A DNA stretch of 64,000 nt from Mesotaenium endlicherianum (taxonomy: Eukaryota): positions 339,097-403,096 of the forward strand of contig WELA01000984.1 of assembly GCA_009602735.1 (NCBI GenBank). Reading direction: 5' to 3'. Of this stretch, positions 62,077-64,000 are shown in pieces. Below the pieces are notes generated by a model. It saw only the letters and a program-made list of their open reading frames with translations, made no database searches and was not told the origin of the DNA. How positions within the stretch are numbered: position 1 is the first letter of the stretch; each line of letters opens with the position of its first letter. Position numbers and translations under genes: made by a program.

Positions 62077-64000
62077 TGTAGTGAAACAGATAGATAAAGT
62101 ACTTAGTAAAACAGAATAGTTTATCTATTCAAGACAAGGATCTTTGAACACAAGTGGTAGCTTCTTGAAAGAGAGATGGCTTCTTGAAAGTTAATATATT
62201 TCTGGATTTTGGCAAGTACAAGAGTGATTCTGGAATGTCTTTCTATGTTCTAGCTCTTGTTTATAGACTTGCTACATAAGTAATTTCTAGGAAAGTGTAT
62301 NAGTGTATGTTCATGTTCAGTGTATGTTCATGTTGATGTGTTGGCACCCAACACATCCCAAAACTTGCCACCTCTTTCTAGAATAATGTACACATGTGCT
62401 TTTGACCTAAAAATGGCACATTTGACTTTTGCCACATGGAGTTCTTCTAGGTCTTTCCTCTAACTTCGAAAATGCCTTGGAAGGTTCAAAGGACATGAAC
62501 CAAGTAACTAGAGTACCTATTCACACTTGACTCCACACAATACTACTCCAAATATATTTGAAAACATTAAAAATATATGCAAACTAATATATAATAACTC
62601 AAATCACTACATCACCCCCCCAATAGTGAAAGCGACGTCTCGGCGCGTCAAGTCAGGTCTTACACATGTGGAGCAAACTAGTCAACAGTTTCAAGTCAGA
62701 TGACACACATGTGAAGAGGACTAGTCAAAGGCGCCAAGTCAGGTGCTACACATGTAAGGTAGACTAGGCAAGGTCGTAGGTGGTGTGACCTTATTGGCTA
62801 GCCTACTCCTTAATGATAAAGAAAATTGTACAAGTTGGCCCAGAATCTGCCACAAATTCAAAAATTCATAGCGGCCACAGAACTGCTTTAAATCTGAAAA
62901 TTCGAAAGCCAAACGGACCGCGTCGGAGAACTCTACCGAGTCACCAAATTTGAGAGCATTCTAATTTCTGGACTGTCGTTGAGAGCTGAGAGAGTAGGCA
63001 CTCCTCCAAATCTGTTCAGAAACTTCTGAAAATCATAAGTCCTTCTATGCTTCTCCAAATTCTGCAAACTAAGTCTCAAACTGGGCGCTGTAAGATGTTC
63101 TACCAGAGTCTTGAGTTTCAGAGCATTCCAAGTTCAGGGGAGGGCACAATGTCAGAAGGCATATTCTGCCCTAACAATGCCAGCAGCCTGACCCCCTTCT
63201 ACTTAGAGCATCATATCTCTCTCACCAATGCTCCAAATTGAGCAAACTTGGACTCCAAATGACCGGCAACTCATGGAATACAGCCAGGTTAATTTTCAGA
63301 ATTTATTATGAAGAGACCTATCACCAGTAGCAGTTTTAGTTTTCTGTCTAGAAACTGCAAGAAGAGAAGAGTGTCTAATGTCAATTTTTCCTCTTTCTTG
63401 TTCTTGCGGGCTGCCTCCAAGGGGTCTTCTGCTGCTTCTTGATGGTGGCAGGCTGCCTCCCTGAAGTCTTCGGGCTTTTAGTAGAGAGACTTGGGGCTGG
63501 TCCAAGATGGGGGTTGGCGGCATGGAAGCGCTTCAACTTTCTCTGAACTTTGTCAAGGTAGTGCGCCGCCACCCAACTATTCTCCGAATCTGGATATCCT
63601 TTCCACTTGATCAAGTATTGCTGCTGTCTCCTGAAATTTCTCATAGCCACTATGTCTTCCACTTCGTACTCCAAATGATCATCCACTATTGTTGGGGCTG
63701 GTGGGGTTGTCACACGTCCTGGGAACTTGTTGTCGGGTTGCACATATGGCTTGAAGAGGGAAGCGTGGAATACGGGGTCGATGTGCATAGTCTGGGGAAG
63801 TTCTAGCTTGAAAGCAACGGGGTTGACTTGCTGGATAATCTTGAAGGGTCCCAAATACTTGGGAGAGAACTTGCTGCCGGCAGGCCTGTTGTTCAGGGAA
63901 ATGTTCTTGGATGATAGTAACACGTTGTCACCCACTCTGTACGTAATTTCTCTTCTGGATCTGTTCGCCACTCTTGCTTGAGCATCTTGCGCGTGTTGTA
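62077..64000 (-). mobile_element. Family A element A3 (3' LTR, 3' UTR, pol end); continues past the window
   Basis: LTR 62077-62611, adjacent PPT, and chromodomain ORF 63381-63971 nearly identical to A2. Confidence 0.93.

Overview
Eukaryotic DNA, probably from a streptophyte green alga or early plant (inferred from TTTAGGG repeats, plant-type TAF15b and ATXR5/6 genes, and GC-rich intron-rich genes). Bases 1 to ~21 kb hold three spliced genes: TAF15b (minus strand, runs off the left edge), ATXR5/6 H3K27 monomethyltransferase (plus, one exon probably in an N gap) and a bromodomain protein with a very large low-complexity exon (minus). From ~23 kb to 64 kb is a nested transposon island. It contains three chromodomain-bearing Ty3/gypsy families (my labels: A, ~503-bp LTR; B, ~920-bp LTR; C, ~710-bp LTR), several solo LTRs with intact TSDs, and a decayed piggyBac transposase. 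Most notable: (1) family C carries an unknown ~550-aa extra gene between pol and the 3' LTR, present as two strongly diverged copies, each with a matching ~107-nt 5'-UTR intron and TGACAG-rich upstream region; (2) family B LTRs embed an antisense tRNA-like Pol III A/B-box module, and B appears to lack gag; (3) telomeric repeats replace the RT YxDD active site of element B2; (4) family A has a -1 frameshift signal at the gag/pol junction. All alignments were done by eye; no database searches were run.
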